This document shows positions 25,916-34,059 of a DNA stretch of 43,409 nucleotides, piece after piece. Every line of letters begins with the position of its first letter. The first letter of the stretch is position 1. The translations under genes were made by a program, and so were the position numbers. Origin of the DNA: an uncultured Bacilli bacterium (GTDB lineage: Bacteria; Bacillota_I; Bacilli_A; RF39; UBA660); assembly GCA_947587115.1 (NCBI GenBank), contig CANPXY010000002.1, forward strand, positions 1-43,409, written 5' to 3'. Below the pieces are notes generated by a model, which worked only from the letters and a program-made list of their open reading frames with translations, made no database searches and had not been told where the DNA came from.

Positions 25916-26441
25916 GTATACAGAAGATTGGTTACCAGTAGAAGCAATTCAAAATGGAATTATTCTGCTGTCTGATCAGAATCGCGTCACTGGAGTGAAG
26001 ATTGTTCCTCGAAACATTTTCATTTTAGATCCTGATTCACAAAATAATGTGTTGATCAGTTTAAGGAATTTTTATAATATGCTTGATTTTGAATTTTGGT
26101 TAGTAGTTGCGGATCGTCCGGTGGATATTTCGGTTTATCTATCTCAATTGCAGTTGTTATATAACAATACGCCAGATCCAGCCATTCGGAAATTGATCAG
26201 TGCAGATATTCAAAAAGGGAATTCTTTTATGAACAATAATGTTGTAGATACGGAGTATTATATTTTGTTTAAAGAGAAAAATTTGGAAATGTTACAGAAG
26301 AAAGTACGTCTTTTGATCAACGGACTTGCTGGATGTGGACTCAGTGCTGCTCAGACCAGTAACGATGACTTACGTGTGATCTTAGATAACTTCTTAAATG
26401 GGGGACAAACTACAGAATTTGGGACGGTGTTGCCTTTATGA
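25893..26441 (+). CDS. virB4: VirB4-like ATPase, N-terminal domain encoded as a separate ORF
   Basis: DWLPVEAIQNGIILLSDQNRVTGVKIVPRNIFILDPDSQNNVLISLRNFYNMLDFEFWLVV matches the start of Firmicutes VirB4/TraE proteins. The start is uncertain (ATG at 25866, 25893 or 25902, none with a strong RBS). Ends in an ATGA overlap with the next ORF. Confidence 0.6.
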   Translation: MAKMVTSKYTEDWLPVEAIQNGIILLSDQNRVTGVKIVPRNIFILDPDSQNNVLISLRNFYNMLDFEFWLVVADRPVDISVYLSQLQLLYNNTPDPAIRKLISADIQKGNSFMNNNVVDTEYYILFKEKNLEMLQKKVRLLINGLAGCGLSAAQTSNDDLRVILDNFLNGGQTTEFGTVLPL

Positions 26442-28228
26442 GTAATAAATTAAAATCACAGCTTGCCCCTAAGGGGTTACAATTTAATGCGAGTGACTTT
26501 TTTATCAGTGATAAGTATGCAACTATATTGTCCGTTGTATCTTATCCAAAATATATTGGACCAGGATATTTGTCTTCGCTTACAAATATGCCAGGAATTA
26601 AAGTTGTAGTTAAACATATTCCAGTACCTTTTCAGACGATGTCTAAAATGTTAAATAAACAGATTGCTGAATTAAAAGCTCGTTATCAAGAGGAAAAAGA
26701 TCAGACCATGCAAGAGCGCATTCGTCAAGATGCAGAATCTTTGGAATACTTTGTTTCAATGTTGGCTTCCTCTCAGGCACGCATCTTCGATTTTCAAATG
26801 CACATCATGATTACTGCGGATACAAGAGAAGATTTGGAACTAAAGAAAACCAATGTCAAGAATTATTTGGATGCCATGGAATTAAGAGCACTTCCTCTTC
26901 GTTTTGAACAGGAAAAAGTATTAAAATCTATTTTACCAATATTTCCCAAACAAGATGTGGAAGATCGAATTGGTACCCCAATTCCTTCTGTAACGATTGC
27001 AGCCATGTATCCGTTTATCTTTGATAGTATTAAGGACCCAGGACTTTCTACTTTGCTTGGAGTAGATTTCTCTGGTGGTGTCATCTTATTTAATCAATTT
27101 TTATATAAGATTAAAAAGGAAAATAATCGTAATAATGCAAACTTGATTATTTTGGGTACTTCTGGATCTGGTAAATCTACAGCGGCGAAACTTATATTGC
27201 GTGGACATATTCGTAACGGCTGTCAGTTGGTAGCGATCGACCCTGAAAACGAGCTTGCTGAGATGACAAAGATGTTTGGTGGAGATACGATCGACCTTGG
27301 TAAAGGTGGAGAGTATGGTATGATCAATCCGCTTGAAGTTATCATCGATGCCGATGAAGAAGAGATGCAACAAGGACTTGGTTATACGGTACTTACTCGT
27401 ACCTTACAGACTTTAAAAGCATTTATGAAATATTATGATCCATCGATCGAAGAAGATGTTTTAACATTATTTAGTGAGATTGTGCAAGATACTTATAGAC
27501 GTTTTGGAATGGATTTCAATTCTGATTATACGAAGTTTACTTCTCAAGATTATCCAACTTTTTCAGATGTATATGCAACAATCAAGGGTCGTCTTACTTC
27601 AATGACAGAAGCGACCCATGAACGTGATATTTTGGAACGTTTGGAACTTAAAGTTCGTCCAATTACGAAGGAACTTCAATTCTATTTTGATGGTCATACT
27701 ACCATCAGTCCGCAGAGTGATTTTATCGTCTTCAATATTCGTGAACTGATGAATGCAGACGTCAATATCCGCAATGCATTGTTCTTCAATATTTTGAAGT
27801 ATGCTTGGGGACTTTGTTTGGACACGGAAGTTGACACCGTATTGATGGTCGATGAAGCGCATGTTTTACTTGGACAGAACAATGTGTTGGGAGCTGATTT
27901 CTTGGCTCAAGTACAACGTCGTGCTCGTAAATATAACACGGGAACGATCATTATTACGCAGCAACCTAGTGACTTCTGTGATCCTAGTGTTATTACACAA
28001 GGAAAGGCCATCTTTGATAACGCTTCCTATTACTTAGTCATGGGACTTAAGAAACAAGCAGTAGAAGACTTATCGCAGTTGATCGATTTGAATGATAATG
28101 AGAAAGAGAGTATTAAACGGTATTCACAAGGAGAAGCACTCTTTGTCTGTGGAAATCGTCGTATGCGTATTAACGTTATAGTGTCGCAAGAAGAGTTAGA
28201 TTCCTTCGGTAGTGGAGGAGGATTCTAA
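26438..28228 (+). CDS. virB4: VirB4-like conjugal-transfer ATPase, central and C-terminal ATPase domains
   Basis: Walker A ILGTSGSGKSTAAK, Walker B TVLMVDEAHVLL, IIITQQPSDF. The upstream part YATILSVVSYPKYIGPGYLSSL is typical of the VirB4 middle domain. Confidence 0.85.
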   Translation: MSNKLKSQLAPKGLQFNASDFFISDKYATILSVVSYPKYIGPGYLSSLTNMPGIKVVVKHIPVPFQTMSKMLNKQIAELKARYQEEKDQTMQERIRQDAESLEYFVSMLASSQARIFDFQMHIMITADTREDLELKKTNVKNYLDAMELRALPLRFEQEKVLKSILPIFPKQDVEDRIGTPIPSVTIAAMYPFIFDSIKDPGLSTLLGVDFSGGVILFNQFLYKIKKENNRNNANLIILGTSGSGKSTAAKLILRGHIRNGCQLVAIDPENELAEMTKMFGGDTIDLGKGGEYGMINPLEVIIDADEEEMQQGLGYTVLTRTLQTLKAFMKYYDPSIEEDVLTLFSEIVQDTYRRFGMDFNSDYTKFTSQDYPTFSDVYATIKGRLTSMTEATHERDILERLELKVRPITKELQFYFDGHTTISPQSDFIVFNIRELMNADVNIRNALFFNILKYAWGLCLDTEVDTVLMVDEAHVLLGQNNVLGADFLAQVQRRARKYNTGTIIITQQPSDFCDPSVITQGKAIFDNASYYLVMGLKKQAVEDLSQLIDLNDNEKESIKRYSQGEALFVCGNRRMRINVIVSQEELDSFGSGGGF

Positions 28229-28246
28229 AAAGTAGTTAGGTGGTGA

Positions 28247-30466
28247 TTGCAAGTGGCATATCATGCAAATAGAGATGGTCAAAGACAATATGATCCTGAA
28301 GAACAACCTCAGAAATCAAAAAAAGAGCAGAATAGAGAAAATACAAAATCGCTAGCTAAAGATGCAGGTGCTGTTGCACTCCAAGGCATGGGTGTACCAG
28401 GACCTCTAGCGGGAAAAGCTGCTGAAAAAGCAGCGAAAAATCCATTGGTAAATCATGCACTTAATAAAGTTAGTGATAAATTAAATAAAAATCCACTTGT
28501 ATCCGCTGCCCTCAATAAAGTTGCCAATTCTCCGGCAAGAAATGCCGCCAAAGGGGCCATAGGCTCTAAAAATGGTGATCCGGGATCGACGAAGGATTCT
28601 GGTGAAAACAATAAGAATTCTAATAGCACCGAAAATCAAGGAGAAACGCAGAGTCAAGGTTCTAAATTAGGAAAGCTAGGATTAGGTAAAAATCCTTTTT
28701 CTTCAAATTCTAAAGCAGATGGACAAGCGGGAGCTGAATCGCAAGGCTCTTTTGAAGGTATGGTTAAATTTGCAAAAACGATGAAAAAACTTGCTCCTAT
28801 ATTAGGATTTTTAGGCTCTTTAGCATTACCTATTTTTGGTATTATGATTATATTGGGTGCTATTGGATCTTTTTTTCCAATGTTTGGAACGGATAAATCT
28901 TATGATCAAGGTGGAGTTGGAGGAATCGAATATGTAACAGATTCAGAAGAGGAACTTAATTTTTATGATCGCATTGATACTGTCAGAAAGGAATATGAAG
29001 ATAAGGGTGCTACTTATAAAGCTGAATATATTTCTGGTACTTATTTCATCATGAATCTTCATGATCCGGAGTACACTTTTGATGACATGAGTGAATCAGA
29101 TATTCGTACGCTTTCAGAGTTGATGTTTAAAAAAAGTAAAATTGTAATTACTTGTGAGAAGGATGAGAATGATTTTGTGACGGTAGAAGGCACTAAAGAA
29201 GCAGAGCCAGTTTGTCCGGATGGTTATACACTCAATCCTGATCGAACCGCTGAATCTTATATTTTTGATGAAGAGAGTTTTAAGACTGATCTTGCTAAAT
29301 TTATGCAAAGTAAGTTAAATTTAACTGAAGACAGTGAAGCTGCTGAAGTTGCGGATGAGGTCTATGAGTATATTGCAGATTATAATAGCCTTACTGTTCG
29401 TGAGGAAACTTCTGTTAAAGGAAATGGCAATCTTTCTTATTGGTGGCCTGTTGGTAGCAATGAGACAACGGAAGTAAATGGCGTTTTATTTGCAACCGGT
29501 GCTCCAGCAAGCACTCACATAACGAGTGATTTTGGTGGACGATATGATCCGTTTAGTGGCAAATGGGTCGATGCCCATGGAGCAATTGATATCGCAGGTG
29601 GAGGGATCATTCATGGAAGCACAAGTGCAATCGCAGCTAAAGATGGTATTGTTGAAAAGGTCTCAACTGGTTGTATATCTTTTGGTAGTACATCTTGCGG
29701 TGGTGGTTTTGGTAATTATGTTGTTTTAAAACATAGTGATGGCAACTATACGATTTATGCACATCTTCAACAAAATACGATTACTGTAAATAAGGGTGAT
29801 ACTGTTGCTCAAGGTCAGGTTTTGGGGCGTATAGGTAGTAGCGGTCGATCTACAAACACACACTTGCACTTTGAAGTTCGTGTAGGACAGAATATAAATT
29901 CCGCACATCAAGATCCATTGAACTTTGTGGATCCAGAAAATCCTCGTCCTACTTCTATGGGAAGTTCTAATTTTGTAGAGATGCTTTACAGCTGGGAAGG
30001 AACCGGGCCAGCTGATACGAACAATTATTATGTCTATCAAGATAGTTCTGGAAATTTGACGGTCGGTCATGGTCTTTTGCTTCGCTATAATATTGATCGT
30101 CTATCCGCCTTCGGTGTAAATGCAAGTGCACTAAAAGCAGGTGATCCGGTACCAAGAGCAGCTGCTGAGGGAGTTGAGCAGCAAATCTTGACTGAAAAAC
30201 GTAGCAGTATCACAACACTATTATCTAGAGAAGGTATTACTCTTGAAGAGTATCAAATTGATGCTTTGGTGATTCGTATGTATAATGTAGGAAATATTAA
30301 TGGTTTTGCAGAGAATTATAAAACGTATGGAAATACGCAAGAATTGTATGATCATTATATGTCACAGCCAACTACAAGCGGGGGAAAAGTTTTAGAGGGA
30401 TTGCGTCGTAGAAGAGCTGCGGAATGGACGTTGTTCTCTACGGGAGTATATCAAAAGAATGGTTAA
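28247..30466 (+). CDS. bifunctional cell-wall hydrolase: disordered N-region, TM helix, M23 (LytM) peptidase, GH24 phage-type lysozyme
   Basis: M23 motifs HGAIDIAG, GNYVVLKHSDGNYTIYAHLQ and SSGRSTNTHLHFEVR. GH24 motifs SWEGTG...YQDSSGNLTVGHG, QIDALVIRMYNVG and EGLRRRRAAEWTLF. Start is TTG 28247 or GTG 28253 (AGGTGG RBS at 28238..28243). Confidence 0.8.
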   Translation: MQVAYHANRDGQRQYDPEEQPQKSKKEQNRENTKSLAKDAGAVALQGMGVPGPLAGKAAEKAAKNPLVNHALNKVSDKLNKNPLVSAALNKVANSPARNAAKGAIGSKNGDPGSTKDSGENNKNSNSTENQGETQSQGSKLGKLGLGKNPFSSNSKADGQAGAESQGSFEGMVKFAKTMKKLAPILGFLGSLALPIFGIMIILGAIGSFFPMFGTDKSYDQGGVGGIEYVTDSEEELNFYDRIDTVRKEYEDKGATYKAEYISGTYFIMNLHDPEYTFDDMSESDIRTLSELMFKKSKIVITCEKDENDFVTVEGTKEAEPVCPDGYTLNPDRTAESYIFDEESFKTDLAKFMQSKLNLTEDSEAAEVADEVYEYIADYNSLTVREETSVKGNGNLSYWWPVGSNETTEVNGVLFATGAPASTHITSDFGGRYDPFSGKWVDAHGAIDIAGGGIIHGSTSAIAAKDGIVEKVSTGCISFGSTSCGGGFGNYVVLKHSDGNYTIYAHLQQNTITVNKGDTVAQGQVLGRIGSSGRSTNTHLHFEVRVGQNINSAHQDPLNFVDPENPRPTSMGSSNFVEMLYSWEGTGPADTNNYYVYQDSSGNLTVGHGLLLRYNIDRLSAFGVNASALKAGDPVPRAAAEGVEQQILTEKRSSITTLLSREGITLEEYQIDALVIRMYNVGNINGFAENYKTYGNTQELYDHYMSQPTTSGGKVLEGLRRRRAAEWTLFSTGVYQKNG

Positions 30467-30475
30467 GGAGGATCT

Positions 30476-31006
30476 ATGAAGGACGATAAAAAACGAAGTA
30501 TTTTAATTATTATTATACTTGTAATTTTACTGGGTGGCATGATCTTCTTTTTATTCGTGAATCGTGGAAATCAAGATCCTGCTAAAATTACGAATAAAGT
30601 TCACATGGTAACAGATCATAGTCGCTTTTTTACAGTAGTATCTTGTGTTTCTAGTTTTATTTCTTATCAATCTTCACAAGATACCAATAATCTATTATTG
30701 CTTTTAAATGACAATTATAAAAATAACAATCATATTACAGCAAGTAATCTTTATCAATATATTGGCACATTAGAAAGTGATTATGAATTTTCAGCGAACC
30801 GAATGTATCAAGAACAAGTTAATGATGATGTGATGAAATACTATGTTTCTGGAGTTTTGAATCCTGCGATGATGTATGATGATCCTGAGGATTTATATCA
30901 TGCACCACAAAAAAAGTATGATGTAATAGTCTATTTAAATTTAAGACAGAGTACCTTTTCTATTGAACCTTATGATGGATCTATTTTTGAAGGAGGTGCC
31001 TCATGA
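30476..31006 (+). CDS. small TM-anchored protein, possible VirB8-like (NTF2-like) T4SS component
   Basis: AAGGAGG RBS, one N-terminal TM helix and an extracytoplasmic domain of about 145 aa. The call rests on context and architecture only. Confidence 0.35.
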   Translation: MKDDKKRSILIIIILVILLGGMIFFLFVNRGNQDPAKITNKVHMVTDHSRFFTVVSCVSSFISYQSSQDTNNLLLLLNDNYKNNNHITASNLYQYIGTLESDYEFSANRMYQEQVNDDVMKYYVSGVLNPAMMYDDPEDLYHAPQKKYDVIVYLNLRQSTFSIEPYDGSIFEGGAS

Positions 31007-31491
31007 GTTTTTGGGAAAAGCATAAAGGTTACATTATCATTATTTCTACTCTTGTATTTATTGGAATTGTATGTTATATAATAAGTCTAGTGACAAAAGA
31101 AAAAGTGATTACTTATGTTCCGGATGGTGAAGAAACTAATTTTTTACAAAATTACAAAGTGAATCAAGTTATTCCAGTCTATGTCACAGAAGAACAGATT
31201 GTCAGCATTTATTTTAATGATTATATCAATAAAATATTGTATAATAGAGAAGAAGCTTATGCACTTTTAGAGAAAAAATTTAAAAAGGACCAATATAAAA
31301 CCTTTGAAGAATATGATCAAGCGATGAATAAGCTTCAAGAAAAAGCAAGTTCTTTTTCAATGAGCAATTACACTGTAAAAAAAGGTAAATATATAACGAC
31401 TTATCGTGTGCAAGATAATAATGATAATCTATATATATTTAATGTCACAGCAGTGATGGTTTATACTGTTCAATTTACAACCGCAAAATAA
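31003..31491 (+). CDS. small TM-anchored protein, possible VirB8-like (NTF2-like) T4SS component
   Basis: ATGA overlap with the previous gene, AAGGAGGTG RBS, one TM helix and a domain of about 125 aa. The call rests on context and architecture only. Confidence 0.35.
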   Translation: MSFWEKHKGYIIIISTLVFIGIVCYIISLVTKEKVITYVPDGEETNFLQNYKVNQVIPVYVTEEQIVSIYFNDYINKILYNREEAYALLEKKFKKDQYKTFEEYDQAMNKLQEKASSFSMSNYTVKKGKYITTYRVQDNNDNLYIFNVTAVMVYTVQFTTAK

Positions 31492-31502
31492 GAGGTGAAT
31501 CT

Positions 31503-33644
31503 ATGAAATTAAAATTTAGAGCAGAACCACAAGATATTTTAATTTTTGTATTGTTTGCAATCTTTTTGTTTTATTTAGTAGCAATTGGGGTCTTAAACTT
31601 TTCTACTTTGGCTGTTGAAGGACATTTCTATGGGCTCAATCCTTTAGAAGCGTTTACACCAAGGTATCTTATGGCTACGATCGTATTTTATTTAATAGCA
31701 ATGGGAGGGCTCTTTATCAGTGTTGGTTCTTATTTCTTTGAGCGAGAAAAAGGGGTAGGAATCACAACGGAGAAAAAAGATAAGGGATATTCTCGTTGGG
31801 CAAAAGAAAAGGAAATTAAACAATCAAAAAACGTTGAGAGAATTTTAATTACTGATAAAAAAACGGAAGCCGCTGGAACGCCACTTATTTATAAAGGAAA
31901 TGAAATTTGGGTTGATAATGGTGAAAATCACACTTTGGTGATTGGTGCGACTGGTTCTGGTAAGACACAGACCATCGTTTTACCGACTGTAACCGTACTT
32001 GCCAAAAAAGGTGAGTCCATGATCATCACGGACCCTAAAGGTGAGATCTATGAAAAAACATCGGAGATGTTGCGGGATAAAGGATATCAGATTTTACTTT
32101 TGAATTTCCGAGATCCTCAAGAAGGAAATGCTTGGAATCCTCTTTCATTGCCATATGAAATGTATAAAAATGGCAATCAAGATAAAGCGATCGAGTTGTT
32201 GGATGACTTAGCAATGAATATTTTGTATGATGAAAACAATAGCAATGCGGATCCCTTTTGGGAGAAGACGTCCGCAGACTATTTTTCAGGTATTGCGCTC
32301 GGTTTATTTGAGGATGCTAAGCCCGAAGAAATTAACATTAACAGTATCAGTTTGATGACGACGGTTGGGGAAGAAAAGTTTGGTGGATCTACCTATGTAA
32401 AAGAGTATTTTAACGGAAAAGATCCATCCAGTGCCGCTGCGATCAATGCTTCTAGTACGATCATGGCTCCAAGTGATACGAAGGGAAGTATTTTAGCGGT
32501 ATTTAAACAGAAAATTAAGTTGTTCGCTTCTCGTGAAAATTTGTCCGAGATGTTGTCCCATACCGATATTGATTTAGAGACCATTGGTGAAAAACCTACG
32601 GCTCTTTATATCGTTATTCAGGATGAGAAAACTACCTATCATTCGTTGGTTACAATTTTGTTAAAACAAGTGTATGAAACATTGATTGCCAATGCCCAAA
32701 AGCATGGTGGAAAGCTTCCTGTTCGAACGAATTTCTTATTGGATGAGTTTGCCAATATGCCACCACTTAAAAGTGTAACGACGATGATTACGGCTGCGCG
32801 AAGTCGTCAGATTCGTTTTACGATGATCATTCAGAACTTTGCTCAGTTGGATCAAGTATATGGTAAAGAAAATGCCGAGACACTTCGTGGTAACTGTGGA
32901 AACTTGATCTATTTGATTACAACCGAACTCAAAGCTTTGGAAGAAATTAGTAAGATGTGTGGTGAAGTGAAATCGAAGAAAGATGATAAAACGGCTTCTA
33001 CACCACTGGTCACGATCAGTGACTTGCAGCACATGAAAGAAAACGAAGTTATCATCATGCGTTTACGTCAACAACCATTCCGGACGAAATTTACACCTTA
33101 TTGGAAGATCGATTGGGGTAAGAAATATCCTACGGCAGAATTTCCACATCGAGAAAAAGTACCGGTAGCTACGTTTGACATTCGTGAATTTGTCAAAGAG
33201 AAAAAACGTCAACAGTTGTTTCAAATGATGGATAATAACAATCCAGACGCAGCTCCAATGGGTGGAGGTCCTAGTGATGGTTTTCCACCATTTACGCCGC
33301 CTAGTCTGTTTAATCCACCACCAGTCAACAATGCTCCAAAGGAAAATGATCAATTCAATGTTGATGATTTGGTAAGAAAGATCGATGCTAAAATAGCAGA
33401 ACTGGAGGAAGAAGAAAAGAGAAATCAGGAAGAGGCGAAGGCCAAGGGAATTTCCGCTCCGACGGATTCTTTGCCACCGAAAGCGGATCCTCTTCCACCG
33501 GTTCAAACACCACCGAAGCCATTAGAGAATCCAACTTTGAAGCCGAATGAAGACAAAGCAATTGTTCATACAGAGAATCTTAATGATGCTCCATTGTTAG
33601 AAGAAGATGATGATCAATTCTTTGATGATTTCTTTGATGATTAG
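31503..33644 (+). CDS. virD4: VirD4/TraG-type type IV coupling protein with a Pro-rich C-terminal extension and an acidic-aromatic tail
   Basis: Two N-terminal TM helices, Walker A LVIGATGSGKTQT, Walker B NFLLDEFANMP, RSRQIRFTMIIQNFAQL. C-terminus PPFTPPSLFNPPPVNNAP...PPKADPLPPVQTPPKP...LLEEDDDQFFDDFFDD. Confidence 0.85.
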   Translation: MKLKFRAEPQDILIFVLFAIFLFYLVAIGVLNFSTLAVEGHFYGLNPLEAFTPRYLMATIVFYLIAMGGLFISVGSYFFEREKGVGITTEKKDKGYSRWAKEKEIKQSKNVERILITDKKTEAAGTPLIYKGNEIWVDNGENHTLVIGATGSGKTQTIVLPTVTVLAKKGESMIITDPKGEIYEKTSEMLRDKGYQILLLNFRDPQEGNAWNPLSLPYEMYKNGNQDKAIELLDDLAMNILYDENNSNADPFWEKTSADYFSGIALGLFEDAKPEEININSISLMTTVGEEKFGGSTYVKEYFNGKDPSSAAAINASSTIMAPSDTKGSILAVFKQKIKLFASRENLSEMLSHTDIDLETIGEKPTALYIVIQDEKTTYHSLVTILLKQVYETLIANAQKHGGKLPVRTNFLLDEFANMPPLKSVTTMITAARSRQIRFTMIIQNFAQLDQVYGKENAETLRGNCGNLIYLITTELKALEEISKMCGEVKSKKDDKTASTPLVTISDLQHMKENEVIIMRLRQQPFRTKFTPYWKIDWGKKYPTAEFPHREKVPVATFDIREFVKEKKRQQLFQMMDNNNPDAAPMGGGPSDGFPPFTPPSLFNPPPVNNAPKENDQFNVDDLVRKIDAKIAELEEEEKRNQEEAKAKGISAPTDSLPPKADPLPPVQTPPKPLENPTLKPNEDKAIVHTENLNDAPLLEEDDDQFFDDFFDD

Positions 33645-33651
33645 AAAAAAG

Positions 33652-33673
33652 AAAGGCCTTTGGTCTTTTTTTT
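33652..33673 (+). terminator. rho-independent terminator closing the long locus
   Basis: AAAGGCC-TTT-GGTCTTT (one G-U pair) followed by TTTTT, 8 nt after the coupling-protein stop codon. Confidence 0.6.
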
Positions 33674-33698
33674 CATATAATATTATGAGGTGGAAAAG

Positions 33699-33995
33699 AT
33701 GAAACAAGATATTACGGTTTCAGAATTAAAGAAATTACTTAGCGAGCGTCCTATTCAAGTGATCGATATTCGAGATAACTATCAATATCAATTAGGTAGA
33801 ATTGCTTCAGCTAAAAATATTCCGATGAACTTTTTGCTTACGGTTCCTGAAAATTATTTGAATAAGCAAGAAGTATACTATTTATACTGTGAATATGGTA
33901 GTAGAAGTAAACGGGCTTGTCAGGAACTTCGTGATCTTGGCTATCAAGTGGTCAATGTCTTAGGTGGTTATCAAGAATATCGTCAATCCTTATAA
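33699..33995 (+). CDS. single-domain rhodanese-like sulfurtransferase
   Basis: IQVIDIRDNYQY, active-site loop YCEYGSRSKRA and LGGYQEY. GAGG RBS 8 nt before ATG 33699 (the ORF opens at GTG 33690). Confidence 0.8.
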   Translation: MKQDITVSELKKLLSERPIQVIDIRDNYQYQLGRIASAKNIPMNFLLTVPENYLNKQEVYYLYCEYGSRSKRACQELRDLGYQVVNVLGGYQEYRQSL

Positions 33996-34000
33996 AAATA

Positions 34001-34029
34001 TTGTAACAAAAATAGTTTTGTGCTATGAT
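34001..34029 (+). promoter_or_regulatory. sigma-70-like promoter (extended -10)
   Basis: TTGTAA (34001..34006), 17-nt spacer ending in TGC, TATGAT (34024..34029). Confidence 0.5.
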
Positions 34030-34059
34030 AAATATGAAAACAATGAAAGAGGTAAAAAA

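Noticed and set aside
33063-33506. 147-aa minus-strand ORF in the coupling-protein 3' region
   Set aside because: Trp/Arg-rich antisense shadow of the Pro/Glu-rich tail. No RBS.
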